A stretch of 64,000 nt of DNA from Hyphomicrobiales bacterium. GTDB lineage: Bacteria > Pseudomonadota > Alphaproteobacteria > Rhizobiales > Beijerinckiaceae. The stretch's first letter is position 1. Each line of letters starts with the position of its first letter. Both the position numbers and the translations under genes were made by a program. The notes under the pieces were generated by a model. That model was not told the origin of the DNA, did not search any database, and worked only from the letters and a program-made list of their open reading frames with translations. The DNA is taken from NCBI GenBank assembly GCA_026400535.1, contig JAPLOU010000052.1, positions 54,715-118,714 on the forward strand. The letters run 5' to 3'. Of the stretch, positions 40,551 to 49,953 are shown in pieces.

Positions 40551-40691
40551 GTCCTGCGCGGCGCCATTCAACTTTCGTCTTGATTATGCCCGGATTGCTC
40601 GCTTACTTTTTGTTGCCGAGCTGGGTCGGGCGCATGCGGGATCGCGGCGATCTCGGACCCGTGTTGTGCTTGACCAGGATCGGCGCATGCG

Positions 40692-40722
40692 GTGGCGGGC
40701 CTCATGTGGCGGGCCTCATGTG
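40692..40722. repeat. perfect tandem duplication 2 x 14 bp (GTGGCGGGCCTCAT) plus partial third unit, in the csp leader
   Basis: 40692-40705 equals 40706-40719, followed by GTG. Ends 47 nt upstream of the csp ATG. Confidence 0.95.
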
Positions 40723-40766
40723 ACTCGGGCGGTTTGTCAGGCGTCCGCCTTGGAAAGGGTCTTGGA

Positions 40767-40982
40767 ATGGCGAATGGTACTGTGAAGTGGTTCAATGCCA
40801 CCAAAGGGTATGGTTTCATTTTGCCCGATGATGGCGGCAAGGATGTCTTCGTCCATGTGAGCGCAGTCGAGAGGTCCGGCTGCGCGCCGCTGAAGGACGG
40901 GCAGAAGATCAGCTTTGAGATCACGACAGACAAGCGGACAGGCAAGGCCGTTGCCGCGAACCTGAGGATCCTCGAAGGCTGA
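40767..40982 (+). CDS. cold-shock protein (CspA family)
   Basis: [34 protein letters not shown]. Confidence 0.95.
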   Translation: MANGTVKWFNATKGYGFILPDDGGKDVFVHVSAVERSGCAPLKDGQKISFEITTDKRTGKAVAANLRILEG

Positions 40983-40983
40983 C

Positions 40984-42435
40984 CTACACGGCAGCGGACC
41001 AGGACAGGGCGGCGACCGTCGTCTCCGCGACGACCGGCTCAGGCTCATGGGCCCAGTCTGACAGTCGCTCCTTAGCGCGTTCGGTGAGAGCGCGCTTGCG
41101 CGCCTGCGATTTGGCGGGGCCCCGCAGCCTTTTGCCGTCGGGCCCCTTGACGGCGCCCTCGATCGGCGGGAACAAGCCGAAGTTGATGTTCATCGGCTGG
41201 AATGAACGCGGACCCTCGTCAATGGTGACGATGTGCCCGCCAGTGATGTGGTTGAGCAGTGCCCCCATCGCGGTCTCAACCGGCGGCGCTGGCAGCGATC
41301 GGCCGAGCCGTTCGGCAGCTGCCATGCGACCGGCCATAAGGCCGACAGCTGCGCTTTCGACATAGCCTTCGCAGCCTGTGATCTGGCCGGCGAAGCGCAG
41401 CCTCGGTTCGGCCTTCAGGCGCAAACCGCTGTCGAGAACCTTCGGCGAATTGAGGTAGGTATTGCGGTGCAGGCCGCCAAGCCGCGCAAACTCCGCGTTC
41501 TGGAGGCCCGGAACCATCCGCAGGATGCGCGCCTGCTCGGCATGCTTCAGCTTGGTCTGGAAGCCAACCATGTTGAACAGTGTCCCCAGCGCATTGTCCT
41601 GCCGAAGCTGGACGATCGCATGCGCCTTGACGTGGGGTTGCCTCGGATTGGTCAGGCCCATCGGCTTCATCGGTCCATAACGCAGGGTTTCGCGGCCGCG
41701 GGCGGCCATGATCTCGATCGGCAAACAGCCATCGAAATAGGGCGTATCTGCCTCCCATTCCTTGAAGCTGGTCGTATCGCCAGCCAGCAGGGCGTCCACA
41801 AAGGCCTCGTACTCTTCCTTGGTCATCGGGCAGTTGAGATAGTCCGCGCCTGTCCCGCCCGGGCCGGTCTTGTCATAGCGCGACTGGAACCAGGCAATGC
41901 CCATGTCGATGCTGTCGCGATAGACGATTGGTGCGATGGCGTCGAAGAAAGCCAGCTCCTTTTCGCCCGTCAACGCGGCCACAGCACTTGCCAATGCCGG
42001 CGAGGTGAGGGGACCGGTGGCGACAATCACCGAATCCCAGTCCAACGGCGGCAGCCCCGCCACCTCGCGCCGGTCGATCGTGATCAGGGGGTGCCCCTCC
42101 AGCGCGGCGGTAACCGCCGCAGAGAAGCCGACACGGTCGACGGCAAGTGCGCCGCCGGCCGGAACCTGATTGATGTCCGCCCTGGACATGATGAGGGAGT
42201 TCATCTGCCGCATTTCCCAATGCAACTGGCCGACGGCGTTGCTCACATCATCATCGGACCGGAACGAGTTCGAGCAGACAAGCTCGGCAAGGCCGTCCGT
42301 CTTGTGCGCCTCGGTGCCGCGCTCGGGCCGCATCTCGTGCAGGATCACGGGGAGCCCGGCTTGCGCGATCTGCCAGGCCGCTTCCGAGCCCGCAAGGCCG
42401 CCGCCGATCACATGGATAGGATTGAGACGTGTCAT
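40984..42435 (-). CDS. trmFO: methylenetetrahydrofolate--tRNA-(uracil-5-)-methyltransferase
   Basis: [48 protein letters not shown]. Confidence 0.95.
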   Translation of the reverse strand: MTRLNPIHVIGGGLAGSEAAWQIAQAGLPVILHEMRPERGTEAHKTDGLAELVCSNSFRSDDDVSNAVGQLHWEMRQMNSLIMSRADINQVPAGGALAVDRVGFSAAVTAALEGHPLITIDRREVAGLPPLDWDSVIVATGPLTSPALASAVAALTGEKELAFFDAIAPIVYRDSIDMGIAWFQSRYDKTGPGGTGADYLNCPMTKEEYEAFVDALLAGDTTSFKEWEADTPYFDGCLPIEIMAARGRETLRYGPMKPMGLTNPRQPHVKAHAIVQLRQDNALGTLFNMVGFQTKLKHAEQARILRMVPGLQNAEFARLGGLHRNTYLNSPKVLDSGLRLKAEPRLRFAGQITGCEGYVESAAVGLMAGRMAAAERLGRSLPAPPVETAMGALLNHITGGHIVTIDEGPRSFQPMNINFGLFPPIEGAVKGPDGKRLRGPAKSQARKRALTERAKERLSDWAHEPEPVVAETTVAALSWSAAV

Positions 42436-42482
42436 GTCCGCGAGATAAGCCCGTTTGGCTGGGCAGGCAACAGCGTTCGGCT

Positions 42483-43060
42483 TCAGACAGCCCGAAGCAA
42501 GGGTCGGGATATCTGCCTGAACACTGTCAGCGCTTCGAGCCGGCAGCAGAAGAACGCTCGCTTCGACGCGCAGGCGGGATCAATCAGGCCGGGATGCGGC
42601 TCGTCGACGAACGCGCCGGCCGCTGCGACTGCCACATCCGTATGCTGCAGCCGCTCGCCGAACCAGAAGGGCGCTATCCTGCCCGCGCCCCCCGCTGGAA
42701 CGCCTGAAGGGCGCCGAGCAAGTGCATCTGGCAGTGCGCCGCTCAACCCTCGGATATCGGCGCGTGCAGGCGCTACTCTGAGAACAGGCGGCCACCCTTC
42801 TCGGTCATGCCGAGGCCAAGCGACGTGACCTGGAGCGCACGCCGCCGCCCAGGCTCGGCCACGGGGACCATCGCGCGGTCGGGCGCTGCCGTGCGCTCGA
42901 GATGATCGAGGATCGCAGATCCCTCGATCAGGGCGTCACTGCTGGCAGGCACCAGCGTCGGGGCCCTGACCAGCGGATGATGCGGCGCGATCTTTTCGCC
43001 ATCGCCGAACACAGACCATGGGTGGTGCGCGAAGCCGATATCCAGATGTGCCGGTGCCGT
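42483..43060 (-). pseudogene. glutathione S-transferase pseudogene (N-truncated, in-frame stops, frameshift)
   Basis: Frame 1: ...HLDIGFAHHPWSVFGDGEKIAPHHPLVRAPTLV..ALIEGSAILDHLE...RRRALQVTSLGLGMTEKGGRLFSE then TAG at 42773-42775. The C-domain-like FWFGERLQHTDVAVAAAGAF lies in another frame (42483-42746). The first roughly 25 aa expected for a GST would overlap the upstream gene. Confidence 0.6.
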
Positions 43061-44151
43061 CAGTCCCGGCCACGGTCCGTGACATTGAGCCGTCCCTCGA
43101 TGATGGCTTCGATCGCCGGCCTCTGGTTCGGCGCGGCGGCGATCAGGGGAGCCAGCAGGTCGATCTGGTTGGTGGCGATCAGCGACAGCACGTCGGTCAT
43201 CACGGCGCCATCAGCCCGGCGCGGCAGCGCGGCTACGATCTGCACGAGTTCGGGCGGGTCGGCCCGATCGCGCGCCCTCAGACCGCCGATGACGTCCTGC
43301 GCCGACATGCCTTGCGCTTCGACGAAGGCGTAAAGCCCCACGCCCTTGCGCCGGTAGGGATAGCCGACAATGCTCGCCGCGCTCACCCCTGCGAGGCTGG
43401 CCGCAACCGCTTCCAGTCGCGGCGCTTCGCGGTGCAGGCGCAATCCGCCACCCTCACGGTCACGGACGCCCAGAAGGTCGCGCGTGATCAGCTTGTAGAC
43501 CTTCTTGCCGGTCATCAGCCAGATGCGGGCCGGCAGGCTCTTTTTCTTCAGCACCCGCAATTCGCCTGGCGTGATGGCCGCGGGGCAGAACTTGCGCTTG
43601 TGCTTGAGAAGGTGGCGCAGGTCTTCATGGGCCAGGAGAAGGTAAAGCCGACCGCGCTTGGCGTGGACGCTGGCGAGCTGGAAGTCCGTGACAGCGGCCT
43701 TGCCGTCCGGCGTCACCAGCCAGTTCGGTTCCTTGGCGAGGTCATTGTGGCACACGCCCGCGCGCCGCATCTGCCGCAGAAGACGCTTGGCATCGCTGAA
43801 GACCTGGACCTGTCCATAGGGCTTCGCCATCTGGAACGGGAGCCCCTCGATGAAGCCGCGGATGATGATCCCGTCAGAGGCGGCGTGCAGGGCCGGCACG
43901 CCGGCAATGCCGGCGGCCCGGGCGAGCGACCGCTCCTCCCGGATCCCGAAATGCCAGGCGAGCGGCTTGGCCCACCAACGCGCCGTGGTGAGATCGCGCC
44001 GGATCGCCGGATGCTCGCCGGCCTCGTCGCGCCAGAAGCCGCGGTCGATCGTCGAGAACACATCCGACTTGAGCGTCGCCACGCGCACGAAGGCCGAAGA
44101 ACCCATGCTGGGCTTGCGTCGGTCCGAAAAAGACTGTGTCGGCTTGGCCAT
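43060..44151 (-). CDS. Kdo/RIO-like protein kinase domain fused to an AMP-binding-enzyme C-terminal-like domain
   Basis: 363 aa. Catalytic-loop-like GVCHNDLAKEPNWLV and VTDFQLAS. C-terminal approx. 110 aa LEAVAASLAGVSAASIVGYPYRRKGVGLYAFVEAQG...PELVQIVAALPRRADGAVMTDVL resembles AMP-binding_C. Confidence 0.7.
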   Translation of the reverse strand: MAKPTQSFSDRRKPSMGSSAFVRVATLKSDVFSTIDRGFWRDEAGEHPAIRRDLTTARWWAKPLAWHFGIREERSLARAAGIAGVPALHAASDGIIIRGFIEGLPFQMAKPYGQVQVFSDAKRLLRQMRRAGVCHNDLAKEPNWLVTPDGKAAVTDFQLASVHAKRGRLYLLLAHEDLRHLLKHKRKFCPAAITPGELRVLKKKSLPARIWLMTGKKVYKLITRDLLGVRDREGGGLRLHREAPRLEAVAASLAGVSAASIVGYPYRRKGVGLYAFVEAQGMSAQDVIGGLRARDRADPPELVQIVAALPRRADGAVMTDVLSLIATNQIDLLAPLIAAAPNQRPAIEAIIEGRLNVTDRGRD

Positions 44152-44218
44152 GCGCCCTGCCTAGATCAGTTTGCAAAAGCGAGTAAACCGCTTTTCTGGA
44201 TTGCGGGGGTCCATCAAC

Positions 44219-44243
44219 GCAAAAACCCGCCCTAAGGCGGGTT
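44219..44243 (-). terminator. rho-independent terminator of the DUF1127 gene
   Basis: AACCCGCC (44224-44231) / GGCGGGTT (44236-44243), 4-nt loop. On the minus strand the stem runs into a T-tract (44221-44225 are A on +). Confidence 0.65.
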
Positions 44244-44273
44244 CGCGTCAGACTCGGATGGAGGACGGAAGGT

Positions 44274-44429
44274 TCAGGCGGCCGAGTAGTGGCGCGCGAT
44301 GTCTTCGATGTTGCCGCGGCTGATGCCGAGATCGTCTAGCTCGCGGTCAGAGAGCCTGGAGAGTTCGCGGACGGTCTCGCGATAGCGCAGGAAGGATTGA
44401 ACCTTGGCGATGATGGATGCGATGAACAT
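44274..44429 (-). CDS. DUF1127 domain-containing small protein (51 aa)
   Basis: MFIASIIAKVQSFLRYRETVRELSRLSDRELDDLGISRGNIEDIARHYSAA. AAGGAG RBS 6 nt upstream of ATG 44429. The 149-aa track ORF is an upstream extension through AT-rich non-coding DNA. Confidence 0.8.
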   Translation of the reverse strand: MFIASIIAKVQSFLRYRETVRELSRLSDRELDDLGISRGNIEDIARHYSAA

Positions 44430-44980
44430 GGTGACTCCTTTGGATAGCGTCTGGATTTGGCTTGCGCGCCTGTCTTGTGCACTGCAACATCGCTGATATA
44501 GGTTATGCGAAAAAAGATTATCAGACCTAATAAATAATTTAAGACATGCATAAAACGCATGAATGATTCGTAATTTGGAAGGAATTGGCGCCCTGGCCAA
44601 AATCGTGCGCCGCATTTTGCCGCTTTTCCGCCGCGACTCGCCAGCTTGATCACGATGTTGGCTCACATGATTCGTGCAGGGGTTGTCTTCATATGCCTGT
44701 TTCCGGAACGCCGCTGCCTTCACGGGTGTCCGCGCTGTCGATGGTCAGCGTCGTCCTGGTGCTTGGCCTCGCCATCGGCCTCGTGGCAGCCTCGATCGGG
44801 GCCATCGACATGTCCCTGCCGCGGGCTGAATTCGTTGATGGCGGGGCGTTGGCCCAGCCGCTGCTCGCCTTCCTGCTGTTGCTGCCAAACTGACCGGGCA
44901 AAACATCCTGGCGGGATGTCAAACAGGCCAGCTTCGCGCTAGATGACAGCCAGTGACGCGCATGGGCACGGGTTGACGAC

Positions 44981-46144
44981 GTGATGGATTGTGAAAGGCC
45001 GTTCGGGGCGGGCCGTCGAACGCTGGTGCCCTCGGCTGATCCGGCCGCGCGCCCCCTGATCCGCATCCGCAATGTGGAGCGCCGCTTTGGCGCCGTAACG
45101 GCCGTCGACAACGTCTCCCTTGATCTGTTCAGCGCCGAGATGTTCTGCCTGCTCGGCCCGTCCGGCTGCGGCAAGACGACCCTTTTGCGCATGCTGGCCG
45201 GCTTCGAGCCGGCTGATTCCGGCAGCATTCTGTTGGACGATGTCGACCAAGCCGGCTTTGCGCCGCACCAGCGCCAGATGAACATGATGTTTCAGTCTTA
45301 CGCCCTGTTCCCGCATCTTACCGTGGCCGGCAACATCGGCTTTGGCCTGAAGCAGCAGGGCCTTGCGCGGGCAATTATTCGCGCGCGCGTCGCGGAACTG
45401 ATGGCGCTTGTGCAGATCGACGGGCTGGCCGACCGGAAACCTCACCAGCTATCCGGCGGCCAGAAGCAGCGGGTCGCGCTGGCGCGCGCGCTGGCCCGCC
45501 AACCCAAGGTTCTGCTTCTGGATGAACCAATGGCGGCGCTTGACGCCCGGATCCGGTCGGAGACCCAGCGAGAGTTGAAGCAGATACAGCACCGGACCGG
45601 CACCACCTTCGTCGTGGTCACGCACGATCAGACCGAGGCCATGGCGATGGCTGACCGGATCGGTGTGATGCAGGGCGGCAGGCTTGTGCAGGTCGGCACG
45701 CCTGCCGACATCTACGAGCGCCCGGCAAGCCGCGAGGTGGCCCGCTTTGTCGGCAATATCAATCTGTTCGAGGCCATTGTTGAGGGCGACCCTGCGGCAG
45801 GGGAGGTTGCCCTGGCCTGTCCGTTGATCCCGGGCGGGCTGGCGGCGACGAGACCTGCCGGACCGCTTGCGCCGGGGCAGCCGGTCGCGGTGGCCGTCCG
45901 GCCGGAACGCATGCAGGTGCTGCCGGGCCGGCTCGCACAGGCCGGGACGAACGTCGCGCATGGAACGATCAGTGCGATCAGCTATCTCGGCGACCTGACG
46001 GTCTATTCTGTTGCGCTGGCGGGCGGGATGACGCTGAGCGCGAGTGTCGTGAATGACGGACGCAGGACAGGGCAGGGGCTGGGTCGGGACACAGAGGTGA
46101 CCGTGAGGTTTGATCCGCATTCGGCCATGGTGCTCACAGTATGA
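44981..46144 (+). CDS. ABC transporter ATP-binding protein (PotA/PotG-like)
   Basis: GPSGCGKTT, LSGGQKQRVALARAL, LLLDEPMAALD, TOBE-like tail. Confidence 0.9.
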   Translation: MMDCERPFGAGRRTLVPSADPAARPLIRIRNVERRFGAVTAVDNVSLDLFSAEMFCLLGPSGCGKTTLLRMLAGFEPADSGSILLDDVDQAGFAPHQRQMNMMFQSYALFPHLTVAGNIGFGLKQQGLARAIIRARVAELMALVQIDGLADRKPHQLSGGQKQRVALARALARQPKVLLLDEPMAALDARIRSETQRELKQIQHRTGTTFVVVTHDQTEAMAMADRIGVMQGGRLVQVGTPADIYERPASREVARFVGNINLFEAIVEGDPAAGEVALACPLIPGGLAATRPAGPLAPGQPVAVAVRPERMQVLPGRLAQAGTNVAHGTISAISYLGDLTVYSVALAGGMTLSASVVNDGRRTGQGLGRDTEVTVRFDPHSAMVLTV

Positions 46145-47058
46145 AGCGCGCCGCCTGCCCCCCCGGCTGGTCCCGCCCATTGGTCGCGGCTATCCCGGCG
46201 CTCTGGCTCGCCGCACTGTTTCTGGCACCATTCGCCATCGTGGCCAAGCTCTCGCTGTCAAGCCCGGCGACGGCTCAGCCGCCCTATACCCCGGTGTTCG
46301 ATCTGTTCGCAGGGCTGGTGCGGCTGCGGGCTGACATCGCCGCCCTGACGCTGGCCAACTTCACAACCATCGTCACCGATACGCTCTATGTCGATGCCCT
46401 GCTCTCGTCCCTCAGGCTTGCAGGTGTCGCAACGCTGGTGTTGCTGCTGATCGGCTACCCTGCGGCCATGGCCCTGTCGCGCCTGCCGGAGCGCTGGAAG
46501 CCGCTGTGTCTTGCCCTGGTAATCCTGCCGTTCTGGACCAGCTTCCTGATCCGGATCTATGCCTGGATCGGCATTCTGCGGCCGGAGGGCTACCTCAACG
46601 GCCTCCTCCGCTGGCTTGGGCTGATCGATGAGCCGGTCCTGTTTCTCAACACCGACTTCGCCATCCTGCTCGGCCTGGTCTATGCCTATCTGCCCTTTAT
46701 GGTGCTCCCCCTGTTCGCGGCTGTTGATCGGCTCGATCCGTCGCTGGCCGAGGCGGCCGGAGACTTGGGCTGCCCGCCATGGAAGACCTTCTGGCTGGTC
46801 ACCTTGCCGCTGTCGCTGCCCGGCGCCGGGGCCGGTGCGCTCTTGGTTTTCATCCCCTCGCTCGGCGAGATCATCGTGCCGGACCTGCTCGGCGGCTCCG
46901 ACACGCTGATGATCGGGCGGACGCTGTGGTTGGAGTTCTTCTCGAACCGGGACTGGCCCCTGGCCTCGGCGCTCGCGATCCTTCTGTTGCTGCTGCTGCT
47001 CCCGCCGATCATCCTGTGGCGCCGGCTCGAGACAAGGCGCTGGAGCGCGGCGGCATGA
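46141..47058 (+). CDS. ABC transporter permease (PotB/PotH-like)
   Basis: ATGA overlap with the ATPase. EAAGDLGCPPWKTFWLVTLPLSLPG (EAA loop). Confidence 0.9.
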   Translation: MKRAACPPGWSRPLVAAIPALWLAALFLAPFAIVAKLSLSSPATAQPPYTPVFDLFAGLVRLRADIAALTLANFTTIVTDTLYVDALLSSLRLAGVATLVLLLIGYPAAMALSRLPERWKPLCLALVILPFWTSFLIRIYAWIGILRPEGYLNGLLRWLGLIDEPVLFLNTDFAILLGLVYAYLPFMVLPLFAAVDRLDPSLAEAAGDLGCPPWKTFWLVTLPLSLPGAGAGALLVFIPSLGEIIVPDLLGGSDTLMIGRTLWLEFFSNRDWPLASALAILLLLLLLPPIILWRRLETRRWSAAA

Positions 47059-47861
47059 CTGGCGGGCCCCGGTTTCCCATACGCTGGGATGTGGCGGTGC
47101 TCACGCTGATTTTCAGCTTTCTGTACCTTCCGATTCTGATCGTTGTTGTTTTCTCGTTCAACGATTCGCGCCTTGTGACGGTCTGGGCAGGTTTTTCGAC
47201 ACGCTGGTATGGCAGCCTGCTGAGCAACCGGCCTCTGCTGGACGCCGCCGTGATCAGCGTGCAGATCGGCCTGCTGTCGGCGCTGATCGCCACCGTGCTC
47301 GGAACCTGGGCCGCCATCGCGCTGACGCGCCTCGGGCCGTTCCGGGGGAGGGCCTTTCTGGGGGCGATGGTCTACGCGCCCCTGGTGATGCCGGAGATCA
47401 TCACTGGCCTGTCGTTGCTGTTGCTGTTTGTCGCTATCGGACTTGACCGCGGCTTCTGGACGATCACGCTGGCCCATGCGACGTTTTCGATGTGCTTTGT
47501 CACCGTGCTTGTGCAGGCCCGGCTCGTGACCCTCGACAGGAGCCTTGAGGAGGCGGCGCAGGACCTTGGTTGCTCGCCCTTTGCGGCTTTCTGGCAGGTG
47601 ACCCTGCCCCTGATCTCCACATCGGTGGCGTCTGGCTTCCTGTTGGCGCTGACGCTGTCGCTGGATGATTTGGTGGTCGCCAGCTTTGTATCCGGGCCTG
47701 GCGCAACCACCTTGCCCATGCGCATCTACGGCCAGGCGAGGCTCGGCGTGACGCCCGAGATCAACGCCATCTGCTCGGTTCTGATTGGCCTCGTCACGCT
47801 CGCGGTGCTGGCCGCCACTGTGTTGACCAAGCGCGACTTCGCCGCGCGGCGCGGGCCGTGA
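47055..47861 (+). CDS. ABC transporter permease (PotC/PotI-like)
   Basis: ATGA overlap at 47055-47058. LYLPILIVVVFSFNDSR, EEAAQDLGCSPFAAFWQVTLPL. Confidence 0.9.
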   Translation: MTGGPRFPIRWDVAVLTLIFSFLYLPILIVVVFSFNDSRLVTVWAGFSTRWYGSLLSNRPLLDAAVISVQIGLLSALIATVLGTWAAIALTRLGPFRGRAFLGAMVYAPLVMPEIITGLSLLLLFVAIGLDRGFWTITLAHATFSMCFVTVLVQARLVTLDRSLEEAAQDLGCSPFAAFWQVTLPLISTSVASGFLLALTLSLDDLVVASFVSGPGATTLPMRIYGQARLGVTPEINAICSVLIGLVTLAVLAATVLTKRDFAARRGP

Positions 47862-47864
47862 CAC

Positions 47865-49640
47865 TCAGTTGTCGCGGCCGCCGATCAGCGGTGCAGCTGC
47901 GCCCGAACGCTCCAGAAGCACACGCGCGTTGACCTGCACTGAAGGATCAAGCAGCGGCCCCACGATTCTGAACGGGATCTGGCTGGCACCATTGACCGAG
48001 AGCGCATGGCCTTCGACGCGGAACAGCCGTTCGAGCAGCGATACACGGCCCTCCAGCGCCAGCCGATAGGATGTGCCGCTGACCTGGGCTTCGCCGATTG
48101 TCAGTGAGCCCTTGCCCAGGACGCCGGTGAAACTTGCCTGATCGAAGCTCGTGCGACCGCCTCGCCAGTCGCGCGCCACGGCCAGAGGCTGGCGGTCCAC
48201 CCGCCGCATCACGTCGTTGATATTGGTGCCGGCGAAGTCGCCGTTGCGGGCGGCAAAGGAGATGCGTCCGGACGCATTGGTGATCAGGTCCTGCGCGGTT
48301 CGCCCGCTGCTCTCGATCTGGTACTGTACGGTTCCCGTTCCGCTCAGCAGCCGGCTGTCAGCGACATCCGCGCTCATCACGCCAAGATCGATGCGCTCGG
48401 CGGTCAACTGTGTGCGCACTCCGATGCCGGCCTCCGTCCGTTCGAGCGTCAGCCGCCCCCTCATGGCACCGCGATACATCCCGGCATTGGCAATTGACAG
48501 ATCAAGCCGCTGGTCCCTGGCCATGACCTGCACGGCAACGTCCGAGAGCGTGGCCCAGGGGAGGCGGACCCGTTGGAGGGACAGTCGCACATCGACATCG
48601 TTCGCCATCAGATCATCGACATCGATGGCGACACCCTGCGCGCTGTCTGCGAATGCGCCCCATTGCGGCTCGATGCCCGCCTGCGGCCGACCGATATCGA
48701 GGCTCTTGCCCGCGAAGGTTCCGGACAGCAGCCAGCGGGCGTCGCGCATCCGCCAGTCGAAGGCGCCCTCAAGCGTGTCGGACCCGATCACGACGACGGC
48801 GTTGCGCATCTGGGCACCGTCGGCATCAAGCTGCAGCGCACCGCTGACCGTGGTTTTGCCGACGGGGATCGTGACCGGTCGACCGGCCGAAAGCCACGAG
48901 GCCAGCCGCGCCATCGAGGGGACGCTGGCCTGGAACTGTCCTTCGACCCGGGCCGGTGGCGCCGTCGCGCCGGCAAGCGCCTTGCGCGATGCGAAATCGA
49001 CGTCAAGCATGGCAGACCTGATTTTCACCATCGGCAGGGTCGCACGTGCCGCCGAATTCGAGGCGAAGGAGAAGTCGACCAGTTCACCGCGCCAGCGGGT
49101 CGAGCCGCTGGCCTCGACAGTATCGCCGGCTTCACGCGCAGAGACATCCAGTGCGATATCTCGCACGGCCGAAACGATGGTCCCTCCTTGCCGAAAAAAC
49201 GCCGAGCCGTTTTCGCGGACCGAGATGCGTGGCGTCTTCGGCAGGGAGCTGGCCGCCTGCGAGGTCAGAAGTGCTATCGGATCATAGCCGCCGCGCGGCA
49301 AGGCAACATCGACCTGCGGCGACACAAGGATGAGATGGTTGATCGCGACGTTGCCGGTCAACAGGCTTGCGAGATTGAGATCGACCCGCAGGCGCGGCAC
49401 CTTGCCCCTGACCGTCCCGTCGGCGGTGGCAAATGCGACATCATGAGCCACGATGCGCGGTGTGGGCAGGAGCGCGAAAGCGCCGTCGCCGGCGACCGTG
49501 ATCGCAAGCCCGAGATCGGAGGAAAGCCGCGCGATCACGTAACGCTCGAACGTGGTCTCCGCCAGACGCCAGGGCTGGAACGCCAGCGCCGCCACTGTGG
49601 CCAGCGCACCAAGTCCGGCGAGATAGGCCGCCCGCTTCAT
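47865..49640 (-). CDS. AsmA family protein
   Basis: Start moved to ATG 49640 (MKRAAYLAGLGALATVAALAF). AsmA-like N-terminus (...LLPTPRIVAHDVAF...GKVPRLRVDLNLASLL) and C-terminal AsmA_2-like part. Confidence 0.8.
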   Translation of the reverse strand: MKRAAYLAGLGALATVAALAFQPWRLAETTFERYVIARLSSDLGLAITVAGDGAFALLPTPRIVAHDVAFATADGTVRGKVPRLRVDLNLASLLTGNVAINHLILVSPQVDVALPRGGYDPIALLTSQAASSLPKTPRISVRENGSAFFRQGGTIVSAVRDIALDVSAREAGDTVEASGSTRWRGELVDFSFASNSAARATLPMVKIRSAMLDVDFASRKALAGATAPPARVEGQFQASVPSMARLASWLSAGRPVTIPVGKTTVSGALQLDADGAQMRNAVVVIGSDTLEGAFDWRMRDARWLLSGTFAGKSLDIGRPQAGIEPQWGAFADSAQGVAIDVDDLMANDVDVRLSLQRVRLPWATLSDVAVQVMARDQRLDLSIANAGMYRGAMRGRLTLERTEAGIGVRTQLTAERIDLGVMSADVADSRLLSGTGTVQYQIESSGRTAQDLITNASGRISFAARNGDFAGTNINDVMRRVDRQPLAVARDWRGGRTSFDQASFTGVLGKGSLTIGEAQVSGTSYRLALEGRVSLLERLFRVEGHALSVNGASQIPFRIVGPLLDPSVQVNARVLLERSGAAAPLIGGRDN

Positions 49641-49953
49641 GGACCCGTGAAACCTGATGTCATGGAAGAGTTTCAACCCATTCGGATGTCGGACGGAGAC
49701 GGGCAGATTGACGGCGAAGATCCATGTAAATCGTTCTGTGAACGCATCACGGTTTAGACCAGCTTGCGCAGGCGTCAAAGACGAAATCTTGTGCGATGGT
49801 GACGCCAGCCTGTGGACAAGATCTGCACCGCCGTCTCTCCGGCCCGAAAGCACAGCCCGGGGACGAACGCAATTCCGGTTGACTTCCGGGGCGTGACGGG
49901 TTGGAAGAGGTGATCTTGAGAAAGCGTTTTTCTGTAGGAAACCAGGTCTGACG

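Noticed and set aside
41233-44235. 531-aa and 405-aa + strand ORFs opposite trmFO and the kinase-like gene
   Set aside because: The minus-strand genes show FAD-binding [10 protein letters not shown] and kinase catalytic-loop motifs. The + strand products are featureless and Arg-rich.
44693-44893. 66-aa + strand ORF (MPVSGTPLPSRVSALSMVSVVLVLGLAIGLVAAS...) upstream of the pot-like operon
   Set aside because: One hydrophobic segment only, no RBS and no motif. Not enough evidence to call a gene.
46686-47864. 392-aa minus-strand ORF over the two ABC permeases
   Set aside because: Antisense to permeases with EAA loops and translational coupling. Product is Arg/Gln/Gly-rich with no TM pattern.
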